A stretch of 64,000 nucleotides of DNA from Mytilus edulis (lineage: Eukaryota). The notes below the pieces were generated by a model, which was not told the origin of the DNA, did not search any database, and was given only the letters and a program-made list of their open reading frames with translations. Made by a program: the position numbers and the translations under genes. Of the stretch, positions 38,654 to 52,200 are shown piece by piece. The stretch is taken from the NCBI RefSeq assembly GCF_963676685.1, contig NC_092350.1, positions 75,950,001 through 76,014,000 on the forward strand. Direction: 5' to 3'. How positions within the stretch are numbered: the stretch's first letter is position 1; the number at the start of each line of letters is the position of its first letter.

Positions 38654-41600
38654 ATGTTATATTTTTGTTTACAACTTACAGGTTTGATATTACTCGTTAT
38701 TGCTTCCACTGTCCTTGGTAGCTACCAAAATGATAAAAAGAAATCGAGACCAATAACATATAGGCAGTATTGTCGTGACGGAGATTCCATTGATAAGCTA
38801 TTCCCTGATCCGTTTCCATTTACGTGTAAACCGGGACCAGGAAAAAACGTAGTGTGCCAAACTCTATGTAAGTATATGTAAAGTACTTAAACGATATCCT
38901 CACTATTAAGGTAAGGTACTCAAACGATATCTTCACTATTAAGGTAAGGTACTTAAACGATATTCTCACTATTAAGGTAAGGTACTTAAACATGTTAAAC
39001 GATATCTTCACTATTAAGGTAAAAAAAAACAACTTTCAACAGTTGAAGTTTCGTAGAAGTGAAAATCAAACTAGCTAATTTATCATTTACATAGTATATA
39101 CCAAGCTGATAAACGGTATACACACTTTTAATCTTAGTATTTATGATGAGTTTATAAAATGCATAATTACATTTTAATGCAAAATGAATATGCTTTGTAT
39201 TAGACCGATACACTAATCCGGATTTAAACGTGTCAGTTCACTGTGATAATCAGTAAGAAACATATAAGAACAACCGCATAATTGAAAAAAAATGAGTTTT
39301 ACGGACTGAACACAAATCCTATTTGAAAAAGCATATGTCCTGTCAATGTTTATATGCAAAAAACAATTCTGTATCGATTTAATCAATCTATCTTCTTTTT
39401 TTCCCGGTAGTTTATAATTTGAAAAACTCTTTCAAATGTCCTGGATATGGCTATATAAGTGGATGGGAATATTTAGAAGGATTTGGTCAAAACGTTCGAT
39501 GTTGTGAGGACAAAAGTAAGTAATACTAAAAACATGTCATTGTTGTAGACAGTATAACGTATGACATGTATGTGATATTGGTGTAATGGAATGAATTGTA
39601 ATTCTATCAAGTTCTAAAAGCGTTGGATATGTACCGCCAATTTATAAAATGGGCTATGAGCAATGCTTTTACACCAGAATAAGATAACAAAAAGCATTTA
39701 ATTCTTAAATCATAGGATTATTATTATTTTACGAAACACAGGAATAATTAACATAATCAAATGTCTTCTTGACTGATTGGTTGATTTGCGCTTAATGCTA
39801 CTTTCTACACATTTGAATATTTCGTGACGGTCATTTCTGTAAGATAGCCATGTTACTTCAGACAACTGCCCACATGTATCCCCCCTCCCCCCCCCCCCCC
39901 CCCCCCCCAGTTATAATGACCTTTTTTATAAAGCCAATAAATCTATCGGGGTTTAATATATAAAATAATTTGTCTTCATGAATGAAATGTTCAACTTCTA
40001 ATTGTATATCATTATATAGGTTTTGTCTGATATTTGTATTTACTTTGCATTTAAGAATAATTGAAATTCATCTTCGATTTTACATAGTCTTTATTCTCAA
40101 AGAATTTTAGTGCACCGACCAGTTTTTAATTCAAGACCATGATCACTTATACGGAGTTTAGTAAAATGCAGAAGGACTATTTAATGATGAGTCTGAGAGT
40201 TTATCATAAATTAATTCTTAATAAGACTCCATTTTTAACAGCTTTTCTAACAGTTTACGTTTTGTCGGACTTCTTTTATCTAACCAGTTTTCTTTTTTTA
40301 TTTCTTTTTTCTCACCATTCGGGATGATTTATTTGCTGTCTTAAGAAAAACTGAGATAAGCTTTTCTGTGGCTAAATTAGTTCCATTTTGGCCCTCTGAA
40401 AATGTTTTGGTATCATCATGTATAGTGTTATTCATAATAGTTTCATCACAGAGAACGTAATGATTGTAATATTTTCAAAAATACACAAACAGCTCTTGTA
40501 TTAAATTAACAGTTCAAATATGCTAAAAAAAATATCTTCAGCTCTTGTTATGTTTACATGAACAAATAAATATTTGAGCTGTTATAAGTAATATTTTTTG
40601 CAGACATAGAGTACACATACAGAGATTGTGATGTACAAGTGGACGACGCGACATCAAACGGGCGGTCGTATAGAGTTAATAAAGGAAAGGTTATCGTTGG
40701 TTTTAACAGTGAAGATGGCGGGTTTGTATACTTTTATCTTTACACATGTTTTATAATTGAACTAGATTCATATTGAATGATAAAAAATTGGCAAAGAACT
40801 ATTCCAATTAACTGATTATTTCCGCTTAGTCTGAAGCAAATGATTTTACTATGATATTTCAAGTATGGCACTGAATGTGTACATAATGCAGATAGCTCTA
40901 TATAAATTTTGTGTACAGTTTTGTTTCCTCTTATAGTTGACGTGTTTCCCTCAGTTTTGGTTTGTGACCCGGATTTGTTTCAGTTAAATCGATTTATGAC
41001 CATTGAACAGCGGTATACTACAATTGCCTTTATCTAGTACAAACTTCGGGAAGATCCAAGTTTAATTTACTCGTGGTACTGCTTCTACTCGCTGAAGACG
41101 TGATCATAACTTGCCCTTGAAATTTTGTTGGTTAGCAGTATAAATATATACATATATGTGCAGACATACTTACATATTTTAAACGTTGCATGTTGCTTCA
41201 TTTGAACAAATATTGTGTTGTAATACTGATTGATTGATTGTTTCTTGCTTAACGTCCAGTTTAAACCAGTTAATACATATTCAAAAATATATTGTCACAA
41301 TCATGATCCATTCATATATTTCTCAGTTATTACATATTCAATTTTTTACATCTAAATTTGTATTTAAAACTTTTATGATAAAACAGCAAGTAAACAAAAA
41401 ATATATATTCGAAAGATAATAGTTAATTACCCATTGATATTTTAACTTGGCAAAATTGCAACCCACACGTATCAAAACGGCACCCTTTCAAGTAACTCGT
41501 CTGTGTATTACTTTATATATAAAGAGTATCTTTCCCCATACATGTCATTAAACAAACACAGAAAACAAAGTAATATCAGGTACTTCAAGTATGGCACAGA

Positions 41601-41816
41601 ATGTGAACATATCAGAATTAAGGATAGTGCAGATAGATATATATATATTCGTACGTTAAGTTTGAATTCTATTTACTTTATTTGTATACTTATTTACAAT
41701 AATTTCGTTTAATATATTACAGAGTTACTTGGAACAACATAGAATGTTCATATACAAAATGTCCAACAAATACTTGGAGAAAACAAGTCGATTCAACATA
41801 TTATAAGGGAAATTAG
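38654..41816 (+). CDS. Secreted Cys-rich, divergent dermatopontin/HAAF-like protein, copy B; exons 38654-38867, 39411-39515, 40604-40721, 41723-41816; 176 aa
   Basis: MLYFCLQLTGLILLVIASTVLG-SYQNDKKKSRPITYRQYCRDGDSIDKLFPDPFPFTCKPGPGKNVVCQTL|FYNLKNSFKCPGYGYISGWEYLEGFGQNVRCCEDK|NIEYTYRDCDVQVDDATSNGRSYRVNKGKVIVGFNSEDG|GVTWNNIECSYTKCPTNTWRKQVDSTYYKGN*. TATAAAA at ~38601-38616 and an AATAAA cluster at ~41878-41895. Confidence 0.75.
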
Positions 41817-44800
41817 ATCAAGGAAGAGGAAAACATGTCGAACTCTGAAGTTAACATTATGTAGAAATGTTCCAGAAAATAAAAATAAAAATAAAAAAAA
41901 ACAGTATATACGTTTTTCTTACTTATTTCTACTTTATAGCTCTTTCAAGGTACTGTCCTTGATCATGAACTAATTTAGTTACTGTTAAGTTAGAAATGGG
42001 TGCATGTAATTGTTATCATTGTGATTCAACGACCTCGGCATCAATGCGAGGTTTCATTTTTGCGATCCGCCGTTATTTTGTTTTCCGTCTGATTATTGAC
42101 TGATCATAATGCACAATCTTTTGTTGAAAATAATGGTTAGTTTACAGGATCTAAGCATATTCATTTCTTACTAACATTGGACTATTGTCCTACACATTTG
42201 TTACGTCAGTTAATCAAGTAAATCAACTAAGTTTAAACTTGCGCTATTATAAAACAGTTGAGGTACCTTTTAATAACAGCGTTTTCACGATTATATGCGT
42301 AGAATGATGTCCAGATACTAATTATACTTGGTATTTCTGGTTAGACAGTTGACAGAGTGCATGTCCATAATATGGTTATTACTCGATGTAAGTATGAAAC
42401 GCATGGTTATATTTGGTTAGTGCTAGGATATATATCTTATTCTATACTAATAATATTAGTTACTAAGTTATAGCAATAATACGAACAGTTGTGTTGGCTT
42501 GTAATGTATTGGAGTATATGTGACGATTCGTTAGCCGTAGTTGAACTCCTGTTGTTGTCAATATTGTCCACGGCTGCTGTTGTAAAAGCACTAGGATTCG
42601 CGGAAGGATCCCCATATTCAATACTGAATGTTTCATAGATTGAATCTTTTAGTACTGTTGATAAATGGATAATTGGATCATACACAAACGACTTATGTAA
42701 ACTGTACATTTTGTCATTTAGTACACCCTTTACTGGTCCTAGCATCTGGTAGACGGGCCATATTATACATTTATAGATGGTTCTAGTTGAGTTGAATGTA
42801 ATATTAAAGACAAATAAAACAGAAGTAACTTTGAAATGGATAGCGTCGTATTTGCCTCAATGGAATAATACGACTGCATCTGAATATTTGGTTAAACGAT
42901 AATCAACTAATGTTTTTGATTACTGTGGACAAGAGTTTTGCTTACATCTTGTCTTTGTGAACTACTTTTATGTGTAGCTTTTTCACGTATCGTTGTCGTA
43001 CGAGCAGATTGTTGCGGTTGCCTGTTTAATTGCAACACAAATATAACCATTGAACAGAAGAAGTAAGCAACTGCCTTGTTAATTGCATGGCAAGCCTCAG
43101 ATTACTGCTCATTACTATGTCCTGTTCCACCTGATCATAAAGAAAACTATTTCATTCTAGTTTAGTCTAGCTTAAATGTTAGAATAACGCCAGTATCCAA
43201 ACGTGATCCCTCGTTGTAGACTACATTAAGTATGGTACCGTATGCAACTATGGTACCGTAGTTTTTCTGAATTGTCTTCACAAATTATTTGATGTTTGGC
43301 TTTAGTATAAAAATGAAGCATGCACTTGGTATCAAAGTCACTTGATTCTACTGAAGGTACGTCAAAACAAAACACTTTTGTAACCATATATAATGGATAT
43401 TTGTTGATTTTGATATTTCAACATAAGTTATATTGTTCGAAGCATCCAGTCCGTCTAACATTCAAAATTAGAACTTGTACATTATTATTAAGTGAAATTT
43501 GTTGGTTTTGATATTTTGAGACGGCCATCTTGGATTAAAGCAGCTATACTGAAATGTCAAAGTTGGTCCATGGATTATGTTTTTGAAATACCTCGCACTA
43601 CTATCATGACAAATTTGGCACTGATTTTGATCTTGTAAAGATCTATTGATTTTGATATTTTACGGCGGTCATTTTGAAAAAAGCCGCCATATTGAAATTT
43701 CAAGGTGGGTCCATAGCTAATATTTTTTTAAACACCCAAAACTACTACCATTCCAAATTTTGTGCTTTTATCATCAAACCCACAATTTGTTCACCGATCT
43801 GCCGTACTGTAGTGATCAGTATGATATTAGGCAGCATTATTGTATGACAACATAACCCGGAGTTGTTTTTGTCTCAATCGAATTGTGACTTTCGAACAGC
43901 AGTATACTAATGTTGCTTTTACATGTTTTATTAGTCATTATTTCATAAGTACAGACTCCTTCTAAGCCAGCACTCGTCTATCCGTGGCAGTTATTGATCT
44001 TTGCTTTCTGATAGTTTTTACTTAAGCACAACGAAGAGTCCAGTATAGTCGAAGTGCGCATATGGCATGCTGTAATTGTTAATTGGTTTCTATGACCAAT
44101 CAACATGTTTTGATATAGCATTTCAAAAAATTTACCCAGAATGTATTTGGTTCCGACGAGGTGAATAACAACATGCACTACAATGTAGAAGTCATTAATT
44201 TTAATTGAAAAATAATAGAATAAAGAAGATGGCTGGTTTTAATACTTTTATTTAAAGAGACAGTAACGATATCAACATTGTTTTAAAAGTTATATTATAA
44301 AAATATTCATAACTCTATATAAAGTCTTGGTGAAACAATTACAATGTATAGATTTCCATTTGAGACGAAGCAGGCCCGCTTGCAAGTTTTACCCTAGACA
44401 GAACATTTCCAAAAACAAATTTTGAAATTATACATAAACTGAAAAATATATATTTCCATACTTTAATTTCAACGATCGAAACTTCGGACTAATTCCTTTC
44501 CGTTCACCCGATTAGAAGCTATTATATTATATAATGAATTTAGTATCATTGTCTTTCATACACTCATGGGTTGTCTCGAATTTGTCGAAGCGTTGTCATT
44601 CCTTAATTGTCCTTCAATGAAATTGTAACGTCATATTGCTTTGTAGATACGAAAACAAATAAATTCTATGAAAAATAAACAAATGCTTATCACACAGCTC
44701 ACTTGAATCCATGACTAAAAGGTTAAATAAAAGTTTAAAACATTTTTAAAGGGGCACTAGCTGCCAAATTCATGATCACCGATTTGTCTCAATTCCACAT

Positions 44801-46204
44801 GTTTTATTTATAACAATGTAAAATATGTTTCCAAACTATCAAAAGTATAAAATAAACAATGTACAGGACATGGTCTCAAAAAGATGTAGCTTCTTTTCGT
44901 GAGAATTTTAGCCAAGACGCCATCTAATTAACTATCGAGTTGACCTTATATGACCATATAAACGATGTAAACATAAAAAAACATAGATATGAATAGATTA
45001 ATCCACACGTGCAATTGGATTTTTAAAAGTCTATTATATTGTATTATAGATTCAAAAACTATGTTTACCGTCGTTTTTAGCTTTATAAGAATGACTTTTT
45101 GTGGATCGAATCAATTAATCAAATTATTTACCTTTGTTTCACTTTCAATGTTTACATTTTTTCCTTTTATTAACCGTACACGGACATTGCATGCGTTTTT
45201 CTATCTCTTTCTACGGGGTTAAATTGGAGTTCACATGAATACGGGTTGAATAAGGTCGAATTATTCACTTGCAAGTGAATAAGTCATTATCAATGTTTAT
45301 TAGGTTAATTTTACAAAATTGAAACATTTTAGCTAATAAAAGCTAATTATTATTTCACTTTTTCACTTTCATTAATGATTGAACAAAAAAATCATACTTT
45401 TGATTTTTTATATATCTCGTAGCTAGTGCCCCTTTAAAAAATATTAAATGAATAGATGCAAAACCAACGATAATTATTTTTGGGTCTTCAAAATAATCAC
45501 CTATCAAAAATAACTAAAAAATCTACGACAATCTGAATAACATACAAAACACTATAAAAATAACAAAATGTGGTACCATTGATATCTGCAGTAAATATAT
45601 AGTCAACTGTTTCGGGTAACATTAAAAATCTATTTATATTGAATGTAATTTATAATAAACAAGTAGCTACTAGTATCACAGATCACCTTTAATAATATAA
45701 ACATGTTTTGTAAAATGTATACACTTTTTCAAAAGAACAGGTGTGAAGAAATTCACACCAAGGAGACATCTTTAAATATTGATGGACAACATAAAGTTTT
45801 GAAACAAGAGGCAAAAATTAACAACCACAAATACTAACATTTTACCTTTACAATAACCTAGATATTTAACTTTCAGAGGAATTTAAGCGAAGTGTATTTA
45901 TGTATGCATTTCAACAGTATAAATTAATATAGATCACATTTGAACTGATTATAATGCCTATATAATGTTTATCTTGCAGTACGAGATGCTCTTTTAAGAA
46001 AAGTTGTAGAAAATAGTCTTGGAGACCAGATTATAGTAAACGCTTTAGTACTGGTACATGTATCTGCAACTATAATTACAGTTATTCAAGAAATATATAC
46101 TTGATGACTGTAATGGCATGTTTCTTGTGAAGACATAATTGTCTATTAACAAAATAACACGTGGCACTTTAGAACTTTGATATTGAAGGTCGAATATAAC
46201 GCCA

Positions 46205-49200
46205 TTAGTAGCCGCTGCTGTAGTATGACGAATACGCAACCACTCGTACCACAATAACTATGACGTAAACAATTATTCCCGTCACAAACGCAGCAATGAC
46301 AAAATTTCTGGCATTTCTAGCTTTTGTTTCTGCGAAGGCATAATCGCCGTCGTTTGCTGCTCTGTTTGCCTACAATGAAAATAACATAAAGGTTAGCAAA
46401 GATTTGGTCAACGAAAATATAATATACGATAAAGGTAAGCGTAGATTAAGTCGACGAAAAACGAAATATCATATTCAACAAGCATTCTGTATACCAATTA
46501 TAAATACCTCCAAGCATGACGAATAAATTGTAAAAAACTGATTAGTTAAGGGAATTTTCTAAGTCCAAGGACCATAACGCTGCACAAAATCATCAGAACG
46601 GAACAAAATTCGAACTTGATTTGTAACTTGTCCTAATAAAACATGTAGCAAATATTAAACCAATGTTTTTAAACATGAAGAAAAAAGTGTGGAAAACTGA
46701 TTTCCCGGACGAACGAAGTCAACTTCGATAGAAAGAGACTCACAAAGGTGAACGAAAATAACTTATACTAGAAACATGAGAAAGGTAAGCTTACAATTAG
46801 TCAACGAAAATAACGTATACAAGAAACATGAGAAAGGTAAACTTAGAACTAGTCAACGAAAATAACTTATACGAGAAACACGAGAAAGGTGAGCTTAGAA
46901 CTAGTCAACGAAAATAACGTATACGAGAAACATGAGAAAGGTAAGCTTACAATTAGTCAACGAAAATAACGTATACGAGAAACATGAGAAAGGTAAGCTT
47001 AGAACTAGTCAACGAAAATAACTTATATATACGAGAAACATGAGAAAGGTAATCTTAGAACTAGTAAAAAAAATAACTTATACGAGAAACATGAGACAGG
47101 TAAGCTTAGAACTAGTCAACGGAAATAACATACACGGTAGAGGAAAGCATAGATTTAGTCAAGGAAAATTAACATGACTCTTTTTGTTTGCACGGAGCTA
47201 TTCGTGTATGGTTTAGAAATTGTTGTCACATGTTTTGATTTCTTTGGTTTTTACTACCATACAGGGTAAACTATTTTGTCCAATATCACCTACTTATTTT
47301 TTCATATAAGACGTCTATAGTCATTTACCAAAATTAAGGCAGATTCTAAATTTTTCTTATTCCGATATGTGATTTAAGGCCCATGCTATATATAAGGTAA
47401 AAGTAATATGGATCATATCCGTGATCATCAGTTTCACAGATATCGAATAAAGTCTTTGTCATTGCTTTTTCTATACTTATTTATTATAATCATCCGTCAT
47501 AATACATAGAATCGTACCAAATATGCACATTTATTTAAAAAAAATTAAGTTAAAAGTAATATGACAAAAAAACGAACCCCATGGAAAATTCTAAATGAAA
47601 AGTCCTTTATCGAATGAAAAATTCAAATGTTCAAACACATCAAAAGAGTGGAAACAACTGTACTATATCTGACTTGATACAGGCTTTCCGTATGTAGATT
47701 GTGGTTATTTTTATTTATAGATATAAAAAGATGTTGTATGAGTGCTTATTGAATACTTACATCGTTTGCCGCTATAAGTGCACATATTCCAATAGGCCAA
47801 AAGCATAAACATGCAAAAATGGCGGGAATCAACCAATTAGTTGGTCTTACGCCATGAACGACCATTTGCTGTGGCTGGTTTGTAACCTGAAGAATAAACG
47901 TTAAAACTATATTCCAATATCATTAAATTTCATCAGTATTACATAACTTTAATATTCAACTGCAAAATAAAAGGTAAAGTTGTACGATAAGCTAATGACA
48001 ATTAATCGTTTTGGGAGGCATGGTCCCCGTCCCAAAAACAATTAATCGTTTTGGGAGGCATGGTCCCCGTCCCAAAAACAATTAATCGTTTTGGGAGGCA
48101 TGGTCCCCGTCCCAAAAACAAAATTTGTGTATCAGTGTTTTATTCTGTTATCTCTGTATGACAGCTGTTTTGACTGTTGGCCTTAGGTGTCATCTGTTTT
48201 CTCTGTACGCAAAGTTTTTTTTTCTGATATCGCCATTTGACATGTGTTTTGATTGCTGCATCTGTTTGGTAGAGTTTTTACCAGTTACATTGTATCTTTA
48301 CAATGTGATGTTTTCTGCAAGTTTTTATCTATTGCCCGAGTGTTGTAGAGGTTTAGTATGTTGTCTCTTCATTGTTGTACCTGTTGCCTTTGAAAACACA
48401 GAGTCACTGGTCTCAATCGAGTCAATAAATCAATATTATTCAGATATTGTAATGTTATTATATTCATTGTACGGGTTTTGTGATATTGTATATAATATAC
48501 TATCTGGATAACACTGATTTGCCTGTACCTACTTTCTTGGAAATGCACTTGCTATCCGAATAACTCTGTTGTGTATGTAGATATAGGAAGATGTGGTATA
48601 AGTGTTAATGAGACAACTCTCCATCCAAATAACAATTTATTAAAGTAAACCATTATAGGTCAATGTACGGCCTTCAACACGGAACCGAACAACAAGCTAT
48701 AAAGGGCCCAAAAATAACTAGTGTAAAACCATTCAAACGGGAAAACCAACGGCCTAATAAATGCTTACTTTGGTGATTGACGGGATTAGTTCCCTTAGTA
48801 AATGCAGTAGATCCACATTTGTACTTAGTTAGTCGTAAGCGGTTGAGATAGGGAAGTACTTCTTAATATCAGTCGGGTTGGACATTGCTTTGTACCATTG
48901 AGTTCTCGGGTTGGAGTTCCGAAGGAGACACAGTGATTGTGTAATGAAAATCATGCTCAACGGTGAGATTTAGCGTCCATCAATACAAAAAACCTGGTGA
49001 GAATAATTACCTAGTAACTTTGGGAACTGTTGTCGTATATCATCATTATCTTAAAATTACTCTAGAGATAGGGAAATGTGATTGCATTGCTTCCCTTAGC
49101 GATATGTAGTATATATAGTTACTTAGCTAGCCTAAGCAGTTGGGCCAAAGAAGTACTTATTTAGTTCAGTCGTTAGAGCACTGCATTGTTACACAGATAT

Positions 49201-52200
49201 CCCGGGTTTGATGTCGTGGGCTAGACGGTGATTTTGTATCGAGAAACATTTTCACAGTTCTTTGACAATTACACTAATTTCATACATTGTATTAGCAATT
49301 CCTTTAATAGCTAATATGCATCATGTCACGCATTTATACAAAACGTTTAAATTCGAAAATTTGAAGGCCAACAATACCTTTATACTAAAGACGTTTTATG
49401 ATCACTGACGTAGATGTTAATAACTAAAGGTAGGCGTCCTAAGCTCGTAAATGTATTGAGTTAATCGACATCTTTAAACCAATATCATCACTAGTATATC
49501 ATACTAGGTTACTTGTATTATATGAGAAGGTTATTTCGGAAGGGTTGTCCTTTTCACTCAAAGAAATAAGACGGAAAGCGCAATTAAAAAGTAAGTGACT
49601 AGAATCATTTTCATCACAGCGTGGACAACTGCAATACTTATGTTGGTAATAATATACTGAATCATGTAACTTTAACTTGTTTGGTGTCGGCTATCGATAA
49701 CAGTCATTATCGGTCGTCCCTCCGTCTATATCACTCTGTTCAGCTCTTAATATTATTCCGTATCATGTCTTCGTGACGTCAAATACGTTGACCCGGCCTT
49801 AATAACTTTGACCCGGACATATCAGCGACGTCATAATGTTTGAACCGACGTTAATAACTTTGACCCGAACTTATCAAGTCATCTTTTGTGTGCTGGTGAA
49901 ACAAAGAAAACACTTCTGAAACACGCAAATATAGCCCGATAAATCGATCATCAGATTATCTGCATATTGATATTATTAGTTACATAGTGTGCTAGTGACC
50001 TAATACGGTATATATGGGTGAGAGCGAAGCTCGAATCCCCATATGGAATTTACTGACCCCATATATACCGTATTACGTCACTAGCACACTATGTAACGAA
50101 TTTATCTTACCGACTATCTTAACGTGTGAAATTAAGACTAGTGATTCTCAAAACGAGCAAGTCTTCAATACTGTTAGCGCTAAGAAAATACTTCCATTGA
50201 TCCTACAAAAACAGATGCCAACAATAACGACTTGTAAGGTTTAAATGTGTTTTATGAATTTGTTTCAATCTTAATCATCAATTTCTTCGTCTGTTGGAAC
50301 TTTTAAGATTTTTTTCTCAGTACCGTTTTGTTTTTTACAAAGGGACATAACACCATTACTAACCGTGTATGAAATAAGCCCCGCCCCCTTCTTACCTAAT
50401 AAGGAATTTAAAGGGACGTAACTCCACTACTAACCGTGTATGAGATAAGCCCCGCCTCCCTACTAACCTAATATCAAATATACACGGTTTGCACGCGGAC
50501 GCTTTTAACCAATCATATTCCTGGAAATGTATAGGAGGTAAGATAATGTAAAATATCAGCTGCTTGACATTATATGAAGGCTTTTTGATCTCGTTCGCTA
50601 CGCTCACTCGACAAAAAGCTTCATATTATGTCTCGCAGCTGATATTTTACGATATCAACATGCAGATAACCTGATAATCGGTACTTTTACGCTCACTCAG
50701 TGTGTCAAATAGGGATTTAATTAGAATAAAAGAGTAACATACATACAGGTGCACTAGAAGAAGCGAAAAAAAGTTTAAGTATTCAACATTTAATTCAATA
50801 CACAAGGTTTAGTTCTCTGCTAGTTATTCGTATTATTTGATTTATGTGTTTAGGACCTTTGGCGACCTAATAGTTAAAATGTCTATATCACGTGCGATAT
50901 GACAAGTGAGCGTTACTGCAGACAAACGTTCACCTAATCTAACCCAGTCAATTGATAACCTGAGGGCGCACGCCACAAAATGGTCTTGTCCGAGCTGTTT
51001 TGAAAATGGTTCTATATACCACTGATAATGACTTATACTTACTATAACAGTTGATTGTTGTTGTTGTTGTTGCATGCCGTAACCTTGTGGTGAACTGTAA
51101 CCTTGCGGGGGACCATATCCTTGTTGTGGTTGGCCATAACCTTTTGGTGGCTCGCCGTAACCTTGTGGTGGCTGACCGTATCCTTGTTGTGGCTGGCCAT
51201 AGCCTTGTGGTGGTTGTGTTACAGGTTGGCCATATCCTTGAGCAGGTGGGTAGGGTTGTCCGTAATTCTGCTGTGGGTTGTTCGGATAAGGTGGGGGTTG
51301 TTCTGAAATTTAAAAACAAACGAGTGCAGCACATACAATCAGGAAATGAACCACATTTTATCTGAAAAATAAAATTCGTACTTCGTTCTTTCTTTTCTTA
51401 TATAATTAGGGTAAAATATGAAATAATTTATATTCGGTTATGGACCAACATTCAGATGGGCATGGCTTTATTTGCTGGTGTAGTTAAACTATGTTATCCA
51501 CATGAAACCAGGTAAATATTTCAGAACAATAAATCCATGTCAATGTATCTGTGTTGATCAAAGACAGTTCGTTTGCAGCTGAATCGATTTAGCCCTGTGT
51601 TATCAAAACATTAGAAGCTATAAGGAAATAAAATTATCTTATTGATACACTTTATAGTCTACTAGGATAAAAACGAGCAGAACTATATAAACACAATAGT
51701 AAGAGGCACTTGACTTACATCATATCTGCTATGTAACCCTTACTAGAAAATCCCTTAAAACGAGACTAAAGTTTAGACACCTAAATACGTAACAACCAAA
51801 CACCAGTGCACGAAATACCCCTAAATACATCTTACACTAAGATCATAGTAGACACCTCTTCATATGAAACTACATGTATCATATATCACGGTAATAGATG
51901 TTCGTAAATACATTTTTGAGCATCTAGATACTGACACACCCAAAATAAGTAGAGATTTCACAAACTCTTTAGTTAAAATAAAATGTAAATATGTTTTGCA
52001 CTTGACAATCTGTGTATTACATAATTTTACATTTGTATGTATAATAGGAAAGTCCAGTTAATTTTAAGATTACCAATTGACTGTGCACGATTTTATAGTT
52101 TATAATCAATACTTCCCCAATCTAATAAATGTGATGTAGTTAAAGAGACTCATTTAGAAATTTAATCAAATGGAATTTTCTTTATCAAATCTATAAACAG

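Larger units (their letters stand above)
31282..47130. repeat. Right arm of the inverted duplication (probable donor copy), with ~3.5-kb and ~445-bp arm-specific segments
   Basis: 31282-31620 mirrors 29140-29470, and 35153-47130 mirrors 17588-29125. This arm is continuous with the CD225 gene on one side and with a longer dispersed-repeat copy at 31122 on the other. Confidence 0.93.

Noticed and set aside
41503-41712. YFKYGTEC segment as the last exon of the secreted protein
   Set aside because: Its acceptor is purine-rich. The exon at 41723 has a better acceptor, the expected W and C residues and adjacent poly(A) signals.
17588-47130. A single giant palindrome centred on 33144, or a whole-read fold-back artefact
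   Set aside because: The hairpin flanks are not mirrored. They rejoin as one collinear arm, and the outer arms are centred on 29471-31281 and differ by many variants.
50842-51365. ORF-track ORFs 50948-51334, 51051-51365 and 51103-51306
   Set aside because: They are wrong-frame or antisense readings of the repetitive CD225 exon 2.
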